From contig JALUTT010000002.1 of NCBI GenBank assembly GCA_027021705.1, forward strand, positions 11,650-75,649: a stretch of DNA of 64,000 bases. Reading direction: 5' to 3'. The first letter of the stretch is position 1, and each line of letters begins with the position of its first letter. Origin of the DNA: Anaerolineae bacterium (GTDB lineage Bacteria; Chloroflexota; Anaerolineae; S140-20). This document shows positions 28,329-37,374 of this stretch, in pieces. Below the pieces are notes generated by a model. That model did not search any database. It had not been told where the DNA came from and was given only the letters and a program-made list of their open reading frames with translations. A program made the position numbers and the translations under genes.

Positions 28329-29324
28329 CTATGAGAGCTCCTTGCGCAGCGCCATCAGCAACTCCACCTCCTCAGGGTCCAGGCGGGTGACGGCGGAGAG
28401 CAGGTTCAAATCCAGACGGGAGACCGCTTTGAGCACCTGCGGCCCCAGGGGGCGGTTGCTCAGCAGCCGGGCGATGGCTTCTAAAGTGGCGGGATCGGCC
28501 TCGGCCAGGGTGGCGATGACCTCCGCCAGCGCTGGCGGTTCGGCGGTGGGGGCCGGCTGCCCGGTGGGGTAGGGCCTTACCTCGCCAGGGGATGGGATGG
28601 ACGGGGGCGCAGCGGGGGCACCGGCCAGGGCCGCCTGCATCTCCATCAGCATGTTGGCCCGCCACCAGGCGGCGAGGCGGCTGGGCACCTGCTCGAAGTG
28701 CCACACCAGGCCGAGGAAGACCAGGGCCAGCAGGAGGATGAGGGCGATGAGCACCAGGTTGCTGACGTTGGTCCTGGGCTGTTCGGCGGCCTGGCTCTCG
28801 GCGTAGACCTTGTTCAGGTCAATGATCTCGCCTCCCGACGGGGCGCTCACCGGACCGGCTGCGGCCGGGGCGGCGGGGGCCTCCGAAGAGGGCGCCGAGG
28901 GGGCCGATGGGGCTTCGCCGGCCGGAGGGGCTCCACCGCCGCCGCCGGTGCCCACTTCAACGCCCAGCACGCCGGCGTACTGCTGGGCCAGGTCCATGTA
29001 GTCGTTGGGGTGGCACGACTGACAACTGGCCTGGACGTCGCCCAAGGGGGCGACCAGCCCCTGGTGGGCGGCTTCCTTGTCCGTGGCCTGCACGTCGCCG
29101 GCGTGGCAGAATTCGCAGAAATCGCCGAAGGCGTGGGCCGTGTGCCACTCCCCCTCGTTGTTCACCGGGTCCTGCCCTTGCACCTCGTGGCAGTTCTTGC
29201 AGGAGGAGACCGAGGACCCGCACTGGGCTACTGCCTGTCGCTCGTTCAGCCCCCCCATCAGCACCAGGCTGAGGGCGGCCAGGGCGAGCAGCAGGCCCAC
29301 CCGTATCGGTATGCGACGGTTCAT
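28329..29324 (-). CDS. Triheme cytochrome c with Pro/Ala linker and C-terminal TM helix
   Basis: Signal peptide; CKNCH, CEFCH and CQSCH motifs. Confidence 0.85.
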   Translation of the reverse strand: MNRRIPIRVGLLLALAALSLVLMGGLNERQAVAQCGSSVSSCKNCHEVQGQDPVNNEGEWHTAHAFGDFCEFCHAGDVQATDKEAAHQGLVAPLGDVQASCQSCHPNDYMDLAQQYAGVLGVEVGTGGGGGAPPAGEAPSAPSAPSSEAPAAPAAAGPVSAPSGGEIIDLNKVYAESQAAEQPRTNVSNLVLIALILLLALVFLGLVWHFEQVPSRLAAWWRANMLMEMQAALAGAPAAPPSIPSPGEVRPYPTGQPAPTAEPPALAEVIATLAEADPATLEAIARLLSNRPLGPQVLKAVSRLDLNLLSAVTRLDPEEVELLMALRKELS

Positions 29325-29360
29325 GCTTCCCTCCATCCAACTCCGTGCGATGGGTGACGG

Positions 29361-30092
29361 TTACGATCTTGCCGAAAGGCCACGCTCCGTGGCGAGGTGG
29401 GACATGATGTTGGCGATGCGTTGCAGCAAGGTGAGCACCCAGGCTCGCCGGTCCGCTTCCAGGTGGAAGACCTCCGTCAGGTGGGCGGCCAACGCCTCTG
29501 GGGGAACGTCGAACGTGGTGGCGATCGCCCGGAGGGCCTCGTCGGAGGGGGGCCAGTCGTCGGGGGCAACGCCTCCCAGGAGCACCATGCCCTTCAACTC
29601 GTGGCCAACGCGGATCAAGGCCCGGGCGCAGAGGAGGCCGGAGGTCGTGCGCGTGAACTGCGGCTCCAGGTCAATGATGGTCGCCAGATCGTGCCAGTCC
29701 TGGATGCAGTGGGAGAGGGCGTTGGGGTTCTGGACGATGATCTCCAGGAAGCCGCAGAGGTTGCTGAAGCGGGTGATGGGGTGCCCCTCCAGATCGGTGA
29801 TGACCAGGGTCACGCCCAGCGCCTCGGCGAAGGTGTCCTGGATCAGCTGGACGCACTCCAGAGGCAGCAGGGAGGCCAGGTCGCTCTGGGAGATCAGGGC
29901 ATCGGCGGGAAGGGATGGGGCCGAAGTCTCGACCCGGCTCTGGAGCCACCGCTTGACCAGGTTAGCGGGGAAGCGCCACTGCTTGCCCACTTTGATGGCC
30001 GGGATCTGACCGGCCTCGGCCATCCGATAGATGGTCGAGCGGTCCACCTGGAGCAGCGCTTGCAGGTCCTTGGCGGTCAGCATCTCGTCCAT
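29361..30092 (-). CDS. HTH_17 plus PocR regulator, paralog of 19185-19949
   Basis: Long identical stretches with the first copy (VDRSTIYRMAEAGQIPAIKVG, DLASLLPLECVQLIQDTFAEALG). Confidence 0.85.
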   Translation of the reverse strand: MDEMLTAKDLQALLQVDRSTIYRMAEAGQIPAIKVGKQWRFPANLVKRWLQSRVETSAPSLPADALISQSDLASLLPLECVQLIQDTFAEALGVTLVITDLEGHPITRFSNLCGFLEIIVQNPNALSHCIQDWHDLATIIDLEPQFTRTTSGLLCARALIRVGHELKGMVLLGGVAPDDWPPSDEALRAIATTFDVPPEALAAHLTEVFHLEADRRAWVLTLLQRIANIMSHLATERGLSARS

Positions 30093-30195
30093 AGGCTTCC
30101 TCGTTCCGTGGGTCGAATATGTGAAAGTTTGAACGTGCGTGCCCATCTTAGTCCGTTTCCCCGTCTCCAGCAAGTGACGTATGGCAGCGCCAACA

Positions 30196-30267
30196 GGTGA
30201 CAGACGTCACAATCGGCATTAGGCGCATTGGCTGCAGAAGATGCAATCGAGATATGCGGCATATGCA
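30196..30267. promoter_or_regulatory. Putative operator: CRP-like palindrome plus 9-bp-periodic nGCA repeats
   Basis: GGTGA-CAGACG-TCACA at 30196-30211; nGCA at 30215, 30224, 30233 and 30242, then TGCG/TGCA at 30255 and 30264. Confidence 0.65.
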
Positions 30268-30446
30268 AGTTGGCCGGGGGACTGCCGCCGGCCCGACGCG
30301 CGGGGCTGAACCTCGGCGCTGAGGAGCGTGACCAAAAGCTGTTGAATCACTGAGCAACTGAAGGAAATGAGCTCACTGAGGGGTTGTACGCCTCCTACCC
30401 GCCGTCGGGTCACGGCCTTGCCGACGACCTGGGCCGCCCTGCCCAA

Positions 30447-30724
30447 GGCTCAGTGTCTTCACCTCCCTCAGCTTCAGGGATTCTGGGGGCTTGGTTGGCG
30501 GACGGACAAGCTGTCAACGGATTGGGAACGGATTGAACGGATTTGGAACGGATGGGGTGGTGCTCCCAAGAGGGCTTGTCCAGCCTTTCGCACCGCTTCG
30601 TGCCCTTTGAGCTCTTGGTGTCCTTCGTGTCTCCCGCCGTGGCCGGAGTGGACGAGCTGTCAACGGATTGGGGAACGGATTGAACGGATGGGGGACGACG
30701 GCTCAGTGTCTTCACTTCCCTCAG
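30447..30724. repeat. Composite intergenic repeat region
   Basis: GGCTCAGTGTCTTCACYTCCCTCAG at 30447 and 30700; two blocks of GCTGTCAACGGATTGGG(G)AACGGATTGAACGGAT. Confidence 0.75.
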
Positions 30725-30988
30725 TGCGTCAGTGATTCCAGGGGCTTTTGAACCGAGCGTGACCGGAGGCTGTTGGGGGAAAGATGCAGGAGCGTTGCGC
30801 TTCTACCGCTCCCAACCCATTTTGGTCACACTCGGCGCCGAGAGGGCGAAATCAGCGGCCGGCGGCTGGCGGTCGGCAGTCGGCGGGTGGGGTGAAAGGA
30901 AAGGGCGCGGAAGCCAGGGGCTCCCGCGCCCGATGGGGTCAAAAGGGGAAAAGCGTCGCGAGGACGCGAGGACTTGCGTCCCTCCAGG

Positions 30989-33352
30989 CTACTTCCGCTG
31001 CAGCCGGATGGTCACCTCCAGGGGTGAGGGCTCGTCGGAGACCAGCAGGTCGTCCTCCATCAGTGGGGTGTACCCCTCGGCCCCCACGATGATGCTGTAG
31101 CGCTGGCCCCGCTCCAGGGGCAAAGGGAGCTCGAAGTAGCCGTTGCGGTCGGCCGTGGCCCAGGTGTAGACCTGGGTCTCGTCGCCATCCCACTCGCCGG
31201 TGCGGACGCCAGGCTGGAGGACGATGAAGGCAGCCCCTTCGATCCCCCGCCCGGTATCGGCGTCCAGGATCGTCCCTTGGATGATGAGGCCCTCCGTAGG
31301 AGGCAGGGGGGTGGGGGTGGGGGCCGCACCACTGCCGATGACGGCGGTGCCGCTCTGCACCAGTTCCCCTTCTACGTAGAGCTCCAGGGTGTAGGTGCCA
31401 TCGTCAAGGGGTTGGCCGCTCTCCCGGTAGATACGGTCCCAGAAGAGGCCGCTCTCCCCCCACTGCCAGGTGGCCTCGAAGCGGGCCAACTCCTCCCCGT
31501 CCAGCAGCCACCGCTCCTCCCAGGCCATCCCATCGCGCATACCGGTGTACTCCCAGAAGACGTAGAGTTCCTCTAGGCTGCTGGGGAACTGGGTTCCGGG
31601 GTTGAGGGGCTGCTCGTCGGCATCTATGCCGCTGGCGAAGGTGATGGGACCGAAGGCGGAGGTGCCGGCCTCCCCGGCGACGGTGAAGTCGGCCACGGCG
31701 ACCAGCTTCTCTTCGATGTAGAGCTCCAGCCGGTAGCTGCCCGGCTCCAGCGGCTCGCGGCTGTCCAGGGCCACCCAGGTGGAGCCGCTGGCCCCCTGGT
31801 CCCAGGTCCCGCCGCCCTCGGCGACTGCCTCGCCCTCGTAGTACCAGGTCCGGCTCCAGGCCAGGCCATCGCGCATCCCCTCGTAGTCGAAGAAGGCGTA
31901 GACGCGCTGGATGCCGGCCGGGAGCAGGCGGCCGGGGTTCACCGGCTGCCCATCGTCGGTGATCCCCTCGGCGAAAGTGAGGTTGCGGAAGGTGGGCCGG
32001 CCCGTCTCACCACCTCCCACGACGATGGACGCTTCGGCCAGCTTCTCCCCCTCCACGTAGAGCTCGACCCGGTACTCCCCATCGGCCAGCCCCTGCTCGT
32101 TGAGGATGGCGACCCACCAGGTGCCCGACTCGCCGCCGGCCCAGGGGCCGGGGGGGATGCTGCCCCCCTCGTCGTACTCGCCGTTGTAGTACCAGCGGGC
32201 CTCCCAGGTGAGCCCATCCTGCATGTTCTCGTAGTCGAAGAAGAGGTAGATGTGGGTGCTGCCGGAGGGGAGCTGGGTGACGATGGCCGTCGGCTCGTCG
32301 TTCTCCGTCACGTCGGGGGCGAAGAGGAGCCGGCTGAAACGGGGGGTCCCCGTGGGGCGCTCGGAGGGCTGCGGCGTAGGCTGGGCGATCCCCATCCGGG
32401 CGGCCTCGATGAGCCCCTTGGCCAGGTTGATGGGGCGGAGAGCATTGATGAAGCCGCCGACGGGGATGCAGTTGTCGTTTTCGTCAATCCGTCCGTCGCC
32501 GTTGGTGTCGGCCAGGTAGCGGCAGTCGGCGAAGCGCTCGGCCCCGCCGTAGCCCACTTGGGTGGGGACGCCGACCAGCTCGCCGGCCATGTTGGCCCCC
32601 AGCCCACCGCTGTTGCCGCCGGCGATGGTGGCATCGGTCTTAATGTAGGCCCGTCCCTCGATCCCCCGCTCCCGGGTGAAGCCGCTGACCGAGCCCTCGG
32701 TGAGGGTGATCGTCTCTCCGCCGATGCCCGGATAGCCGAAGATGCGCAACCGGTCGCCCAGCTCCAGTTGGTCCGAGTCGCCCAGAGGCACGTAGGCCAG
32801 GTTCAGAGAGGCCGGGTCCACCGGACGTCCGTTCAGGTCCGTGGTGATGCGCAGGACGGCCAGGTCGAGCCGGGGGTCCATCGCGACCACCTCGGCCAGG
32901 TAGGTCAGTTCGGGGGGCTCGTCGGAGTGGCTGGTGAGGGCGATGCCCAGGGCGTCGGGGCGGTAGGCCGGGTCGGGATCGGTAGCGACGTGGGCGTTGG
33001 TCAAGATGTAGCCGTCGGGGCTGACAATGGTGCCGGAGCCGGTCCACAGGGGCTGGTAGCCGTTAGGCCCCTCTTGGAGGGCGATGATCTGGACGGTGGC
33101 CCGGATCAGGTGCCGGATGCGCTGGTGCTCCTCTTCGGCGCCGGGGGGCGTTGCAGGGGCCTCGGTGGGGGGCGTGGTCGGCGCGGTCGAGGTCTCCGTC
33201 GGGGGAGCCGGCGTTTCCGGCTGGCGGACCGGCGCTTGCGTGGGGCGGGCGGTCGGCGTGACGGTGGGCAGCGCCCCGCCGGAGGAGAGGTTGCACGCCA
33301 GCGCCGACAGGATCAACAGGCCGATGAGAAGGGGGGAGATGTTCTTGTTCAT
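30989..33352 (-). CDS. Trypsin-like serine protease lipoprotein with three repeated beta domains
   Basis: Lipobox ALAC; GSG..ILTNAHV, DLAVL and GNSGG triad motifs; three ~110-aa repeats ending YRVELYVEGE-like. Confidence 0.88.
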   Translation of the reverse strand: MNKNISPLLIGLLILSALACNLSSGGALPTVTPTARPTQAPVRQPETPAPPTETSTAPTTPPTEAPATPPGAEEEHQRIRHLIRATVQIIALQEGPNGYQPLWTGSGTIVSPDGYILTNAHVATDPDPAYRPDALGIALTSHSDEPPELTYLAEVVAMDPRLDLAVLRITTDLNGRPVDPASLNLAYVPLGDSDQLELGDRLRIFGYPGIGGETITLTEGSVSGFTRERGIEGRAYIKTDATIAGGNSGGLGANMAGELVGVPTQVGYGGAERFADCRYLADTNGDGRIDENDNCIPVGGFINALRPINLAKGLIEAARMGIAQPTPQPSERPTGTPRFSRLLFAPDVTENDEPTAIVTQLPSGSTHIYLFFDYENMQDGLTWEARWYYNGEYDEGGSIPPGPWAGGESGTWWVAILNEQGLADGEYRVELYVEGEKLAEASIVVGGGETGRPTFRNLTFAEGITDDGQPVNPGRLLPAGIQRVYAFFDYEGMRDGLAWSRTWYYEGEAVAEGGGTWDQGASGSTWVALDSREPLEPGSYRLELYIEEKLVAVADFTVAGEAGTSAFGPITFASGIDADEQPLNPGTQFPSSLEELYVFWEYTGMRDGMAWEERWLLDGEELARFEATWQWGESGLFWDRIYRESGQPLDDGTYTLELYVEGELVQSGTAVIGSGAAPTPTPLPPTEGLIIQGTILDADTGRGIEGAAFIVLQPGVRTGEWDGDETQVYTWATADRNGYFELPLPLERGQRYSIIVGAEGYTPLMEDDLLVSDEPSPLEVTIRLQRK

Positions 33353-33435
33353 CCCGGTGTGCTCCTGGGGAGGCAGTTATCGGGAGGGAGAGCAGGAAGC
33401 GCTCAAGGTGCGTTCAGGCGCTCCCTAAGAGGTTG

Positions 33436-33636
33436 TTAAGCAAGAGCAACCTCGTACTCGATGTGGGTTGGCATAGTCATCCGGTGGGATGCGTCCAAGA
33501 TCTCCAGGGCTACCAGGTTCCCTGACGCATCGTAATCGAGAATAATTCCGGGCTTGTCTTCGTCGCTTTCCGCTACGGGGGCGTCGGAGAAAATCACCGT
33601 CAGGGTGTCGGTCTCTCGGTCATAGATGATTTTCAT
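33436..33636 (-). CDS. DUF2283 family putative antitoxin
   Basis: YDRETDTL..ESDE..GIILDYD..GNLVALEILDAS. Confidence 0.85.
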   Translation of the reverse strand: MKIIYDRETDTLTVIFSDAPVAESDEDKPGIILDYDASGNLVALEILDASHRMTMPTHIEYEVALA

Positions 33637-33926
33637 TCTTCTTCTCTCCAATACTTCTTCACCTTGCTGGTGCGATAGACGGTCACCACCTCCGGTGGCT
33701 CACGATCAATGTCTACGAAAACCCTCAGCAGGTGCTCGCGTGGTGGTTTACCCCATTCAACACGGGATTGGTAGACGACACGCCCCTCTCGCACGGGCAA
33801 GACTTGTTCTGGCATTGAGAGGGTCTTCATCACTTCCACCTCTTGGATTCTGCGTCGGGCCATTTGTTGGCGAGCGTGGTCGGTCAGCCGGTACCTTATG
33901 AGCGGTCTCGCAACATGCTTTTCCAT
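33633..33926 (-). CDS. DUF4258 family (RelE/BrnT-like) putative toxin
   Basis: LTDHARQQMARRRI..LRVFV..VVTVYRTSK; ATGA overlap with the DUF2283 gene. Confidence 0.8.
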   Translation of the reverse strand: MEKHVARPLIRYRLTDHARQQMARRRIQEVEVMKTLSMPEQVLPVREGRVVYQSRVEWGKPPREHLLRVFVDIDREPPEVVTVYRTSKVKKYWREEE

Positions 33927-33933
33927 ACCACCT

Positions 33934-34524
33934 TCATAGCTGCCGTAGCGATTCGAGGAAGGCCCGCAGGCGGCCCTGCTCGGCGTCGAAGCGGTCGGCC
34001 TCCGCCAGCAGGGTGGCGATGACCACCCGCTCGCCGTCCAGCCGGAGCGCCACGTCGGCCCCCACAACGACGACGGGGAGCTGCTCCACGTAGGGGTTGT
34101 CGCCGGTATAGACAAAGGTGAAGGTGCGCCGCGTCGCCACCTGCCCTTGGACCTCCACCAGGTCGGTCCGGAGGGGCTTGTAGGCGATGGCGGTCCGGCT
34201 TCGCTCCAGGGCCAGCCCCTCCAGGGCCAGCCGGAGGTCGGCCTCCGGGGCGAGGGGGCGGACGCGGAGCTCCAGCGTGGTGGGGAAGGTCCCGCCCATC
34301 GGATCGCGCACCCGGAGCAGGAGGGTGGTGTCGCTGCTGCGCCGCCAGCCGGCCGGATAGCGGACGCTGATGCCGGTGTTCGGGTCGCGGAACTCCGTTG
34401 TGCGGCTCAGCACCGAGGCCCGCAGGAACCATCCCAGGGCCAGTCCGATGAGGACCAGGCCGAGGACCAGCCAGTCGGCGTATCGGTCTCGATCTCCCGT
34501 GACGGGACGGAGGGTTGAAACCAT
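33934..34524 (-). CDS. Hypothetical membrane-anchored protein
   Basis: N-terminal TM helix, 'SVRYPAGW' PsbP-like motif, fits the operon. Confidence 0.7.
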   Translation of the reverse strand: MVSTLRPVTGDRDRYADWLVLGLVLIGLALGWFLRASVLSRTTEFRDPNTGISVRYPAGWRRSSDTTLLLRVRDPMGGTFPTTLELRVRPLAPEADLRLALEGLALERSRTAIAYKPLRTDLVEVQGQVATRRTFTFVYTGDNPYVEQLPVVVVGADVALRLDGERVVIATLLAEADRFDAEQGRLRAFLESLRQL

Positions 34525-34586
34525 CGTGGACTCCTTGCGATGCGAGGGCGCGGACGGAAGGCGTCAAGAGCCGGATGGGCCGGGGC

Positions 34587-35543
34587 TCATTGCTGTTGAG
34601 GGATGTCGGCCCCGGCGAGGGTCAGCCGGTTGGCCCGGCGCATCAGGTAGAAGAGCAGGCTGAAGGTGGCGGTGGCGACGATGGCGGCCAGGATCAGCCC
34701 CGGCCAGGGGTTGAAGCCGCCCCCTTGGAGGCTGAGGCCGGTGGTCGTCAGCTCCCCTCGCAGGTAGGTGAAGAGGCCGTTGAGGGTGGCGGCCAGGGCA
34801 ACGCCGCCGGGCAGCCACCAGGTCGGCTCGACCTCGAACTTGGCCCGCCCCAGGAAGTAGCCGCTGATGCCGGAGAAGCTGGCCTGGGCCAGGGCGGTGA
34901 CGACGATGCGGATGACGCCGGCCTTCAGGTCCACCCCGCCGCTGGAGAGGACGTAGTGGACGTTGAGGACGGTGGCGAAGCCTAGGCCGGCCGCCGTCCC
35001 GTAGATCACCCCATCCACCCGCTCGTCGAACTCCGGCAGGGGGTAGACGGCGTAGCGGACGGCGGCGTACTTGAGGAACTCCTGGGTGAGGCCGATGACC
35101 AGGATGGAACCCAGGAGGGTGGTCAGGGGGTCGGCTCCCAGCCAGCGTTGCACCTGGAAGAGGTCCTGGACCACCGGGATGGCCACAGCTTGGGCCAGCA
35201 GCCCGCCCAGGAGGAAGATACCCAGGACGTAGCTCTTGGGCTCCGGCTCCAGCCGGTCCTGGAGGTAGAAGAAGGCCATCCAGAGCAGGGCCGGCACCAG
35301 GGCCAGGAGGAGGCCGGCCAGGAGCAGGGGGGTGCCGGCGAGGGTGGGGTTCACCAGGTCCACCAGCAGGGCGACGAGCAGGACGAAGGCGATGAGGGCG
35401 GCGATCTGGAGGAAGCCGGCTTGCCAGAGGCTGCGGCGGTCCCGGGCGACCTTCGCATAGTGATCAGGGCAGTAGGGCCGGCCACCCAGCCGGGGGGCAT
35501 CGGGACCGACGGGCCGGTGGCAGACGCAGCAGATCGTTTCCAT
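34587..35543 (-). CDS. PrsW family intramembrane protease
   Basis: DRLEPEP, TQEFLKY and DGVIYG..AGLGFA motifs; N-terminal Cys-rich motif. Confidence 0.85.
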   Translation of the reverse strand: METICCVCHRPVGPDAPRLGGRPYCPDHYAKVARDRRSLWQAGFLQIAALIAFVLLVALLVDLVNPTLAGTPLLLAGLLLALVPALLWMAFFYLQDRLEPEPKSYVLGIFLLGGLLAQAVAIPVVQDLFQVQRWLGADPLTTLLGSILVIGLTQEFLKYAAVRYAVYPLPEFDERVDGVIYGTAAGLGFATVLNVHYVLSSGGVDLKAGVIRIVVTALAQASFSGISGYFLGRAKFEVEPTWWLPGGVALAATLNGLFTYLRGELTTTGLSLQGGGFNPWPGLILAAIVATATFSLLFYLMRRANRLTLAGADIPQQQ

Positions 35544-35632
35544 ACTTTTCCCCCTCGTGCGGTCAGGACCGGGCGGTGATCCGTAGATGGGACGCGCTTC
35601 GTAGCCTATTGTATACCGCCTTCGTTCAAAAG

Positions 35633-36382
35633 TCAATCGTCCTCCGCGTTTCCGCTCAGCGATTCCTCCTCCAGCCAGTTGTACAGGCTCTGGGTCAGCA
35701 TCGCCCGAACGATGGAGGTCCCGTTGTCGGCAGGAGGATGGGCTTCCAGGGCCCGCAGGAGGTTCTGGGCCACCTCGGGGCTCATCCCATAGCGTTGGAT
35801 GTGGTCGGCGAAGGTATCCTTCACCACCTCTGGCAGGTCGGTGGCGGCCAGGAGTCCCAGGATCTCAACCTCCGAGGTGCGCAGGTGCAGCAGGCGGTAG
35901 CGCAGAGTACGGCGGATGGCAAAGCTCAAGCCCGATGCGTCCACTAGGATCAGCACCCAGAAGGTGCCGAGGATGAGCCCCAGGATGGTGGCGACGTAGA
36001 CCGGGCGCAGCCACGGGTCCCGGCCCAGCCAGGGCAGGAGCGTGAAAAGGGCGAGGGGGATTGCCCGCACCAACCAGGCGATGAGGGCGGAGAAGCCGGC
36101 CACTATGAGCCCCAAGGTCGAGAAGAGCCCCCAGCGGGCGAGTTCCTGGCTCGGCGGGACGAGGGGGGGCAGGGGAGAAAGAGGGAGTTCTAGGACGGCG
36201 TCCAGGGCCACCACGGCCAGCCCCACCAGGGCGGCCGCGGCCATCCAGGTCCAGGGCACGCCGAGCAGCCTCCGGGCCTGGGTGGTCTGTCCCCAGTGCC
36301 ACGTCAGCACGGTGCCCAGCAGCACGCCGAGCCACAGCACTCCTAGGAAAGCACGACGCAGCCAGAGCCACCCATAGGACAT
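35633..36382 (-). CDS. Hypothetical membrane protein
   Basis: Four hydrophobic segments; SD GGAGG before the ATG. Confidence 0.65.
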   Translation of the reverse strand: MSYGWLWLRRAFLGVLWLGVLLGTVLTWHWGQTTQARRLLGVPWTWMAAAALVGLAVVALDAVLELPLSPLPPLVPPSQELARWGLFSTLGLIVAGFSALIAWLVRAIPLALFTLLPWLGRDPWLRPVYVATILGLILGTFWVLILVDASGLSFAIRRTLRYRLLHLRTSEVEILGLLAATDLPEVVKDTFADHIQRYGMSPEVAQNLLRALEAHPPADNGTSIVRAMLTQSLYNWLEEESLSGNAEDD

Positions 36383-36561
36383 CTGATTTCCTCCGACGTG
36401 GGGCACACAGCCGTGCGCCCGTGCTCGGAACGATGGGATCGCTTGCGTTTCTGACCGCGGTGGGAATCCCGAGATCTAAGAAAGTTGCCAGAAGTTGACA
36501 AATCCGACTAAATGGGGGATAATTCTCTCTGTCTGACCAAAACTCTCTTGGATGGACGGCT

Positions 36562-37374
36562 ATGAAGATCACACCCCCTATTCCCAAGGAACACGGTGCC
36601 TGGTTCATGCTGCTGGTGCCCCTGGCGCTGGGCACCGCCATCGCGCCCGTCCGCCACGGGCGGGTTGTCGTCTTCTTGATCGCCGCGTTGAGCTTCTTCC
36701 TGATGCGCTATCCCCTGGCCACGCTGATCAGGACGCGCCGGCGCCCCACGGCGAACCGGACGACGTTGATGCGTTGGGCTGCTTTCTATGGCAGCCTCAG
36801 CCTGCTGAGCGGCGGCTGGCTCGTCCTGGCCCACGGGCTGGTCTGGCTGATGGCGATCGGGATCCTGGGTGGGCTGCTGCTCCTCTTCTACCTGGCGCTC
36901 GTCGCCCGCCGTCGGGAGATGACGGTCTACGGAGAACTGGCAGGCATCTTTGGCCTGGCTCTGGGCGCGCCGATGGCCTACTACGCCGCCAGCGGCCGGC
37001 TGGATACGACGGCCGCCGTCCTGGGACTGATCAACGCCCTCTACTTCGGCGGTTCTGTCTTCTACATCAAACTCAAGGTGCGCCAGCAGCCCCGTCTCCC
37101 CGCCCCCGACCGGATCGGTGAGCGGCTAGTCAAGGCCAAGGCCTGCCTGGCCTACCAGACGGCTGTGCTCACTATTGTGTTGGCCTTGGTGGCGCTGCGG
37201 CAGGCCCCGCTGCTTACCCCCCTCGCCTTCGTCCCGATGACCTTCAAGGTGCTCTACGGAGCCTGGCGCTGGCAGGATCGCAAATCCCTTAACCTGGTCC
37301 GCCTGGGCGTGGCCGAGATTGCTCACTCCCTAACCTTCGCAGTGCTGGTCATCATCGCCTTCGGGAGATCGTGA
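36562..37374 (+). CDS. YwiC-like family membrane protein
   Basis: [12 protein letters not shown]-terminus, GSVFYIK and RLGVAE motifs. Confidence 0.85.
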   Translation: MKITPPIPKEHGAWFMLLVPLALGTAIAPVRHGRVVVFLIAALSFFLMRYPLATLIRTRRRPTANRTTLMRWAAFYGSLSLLSGGWLVLAHGLVWLMAIGILGGLLLLFYLALVARRREMTVYGELAGIFGLALGAPMAYYAASGRLDTTAAVLGLINALYFGGSVFYIKLKVRQQPRLPAPDRIGERLVKAKACLAYQTAVLTIVLALVALRQAPLLTPLAFVPMTFKVLYGAWRWQDRKSLNLVRLGVAEIAHSLTFAVLVIIAFGRS

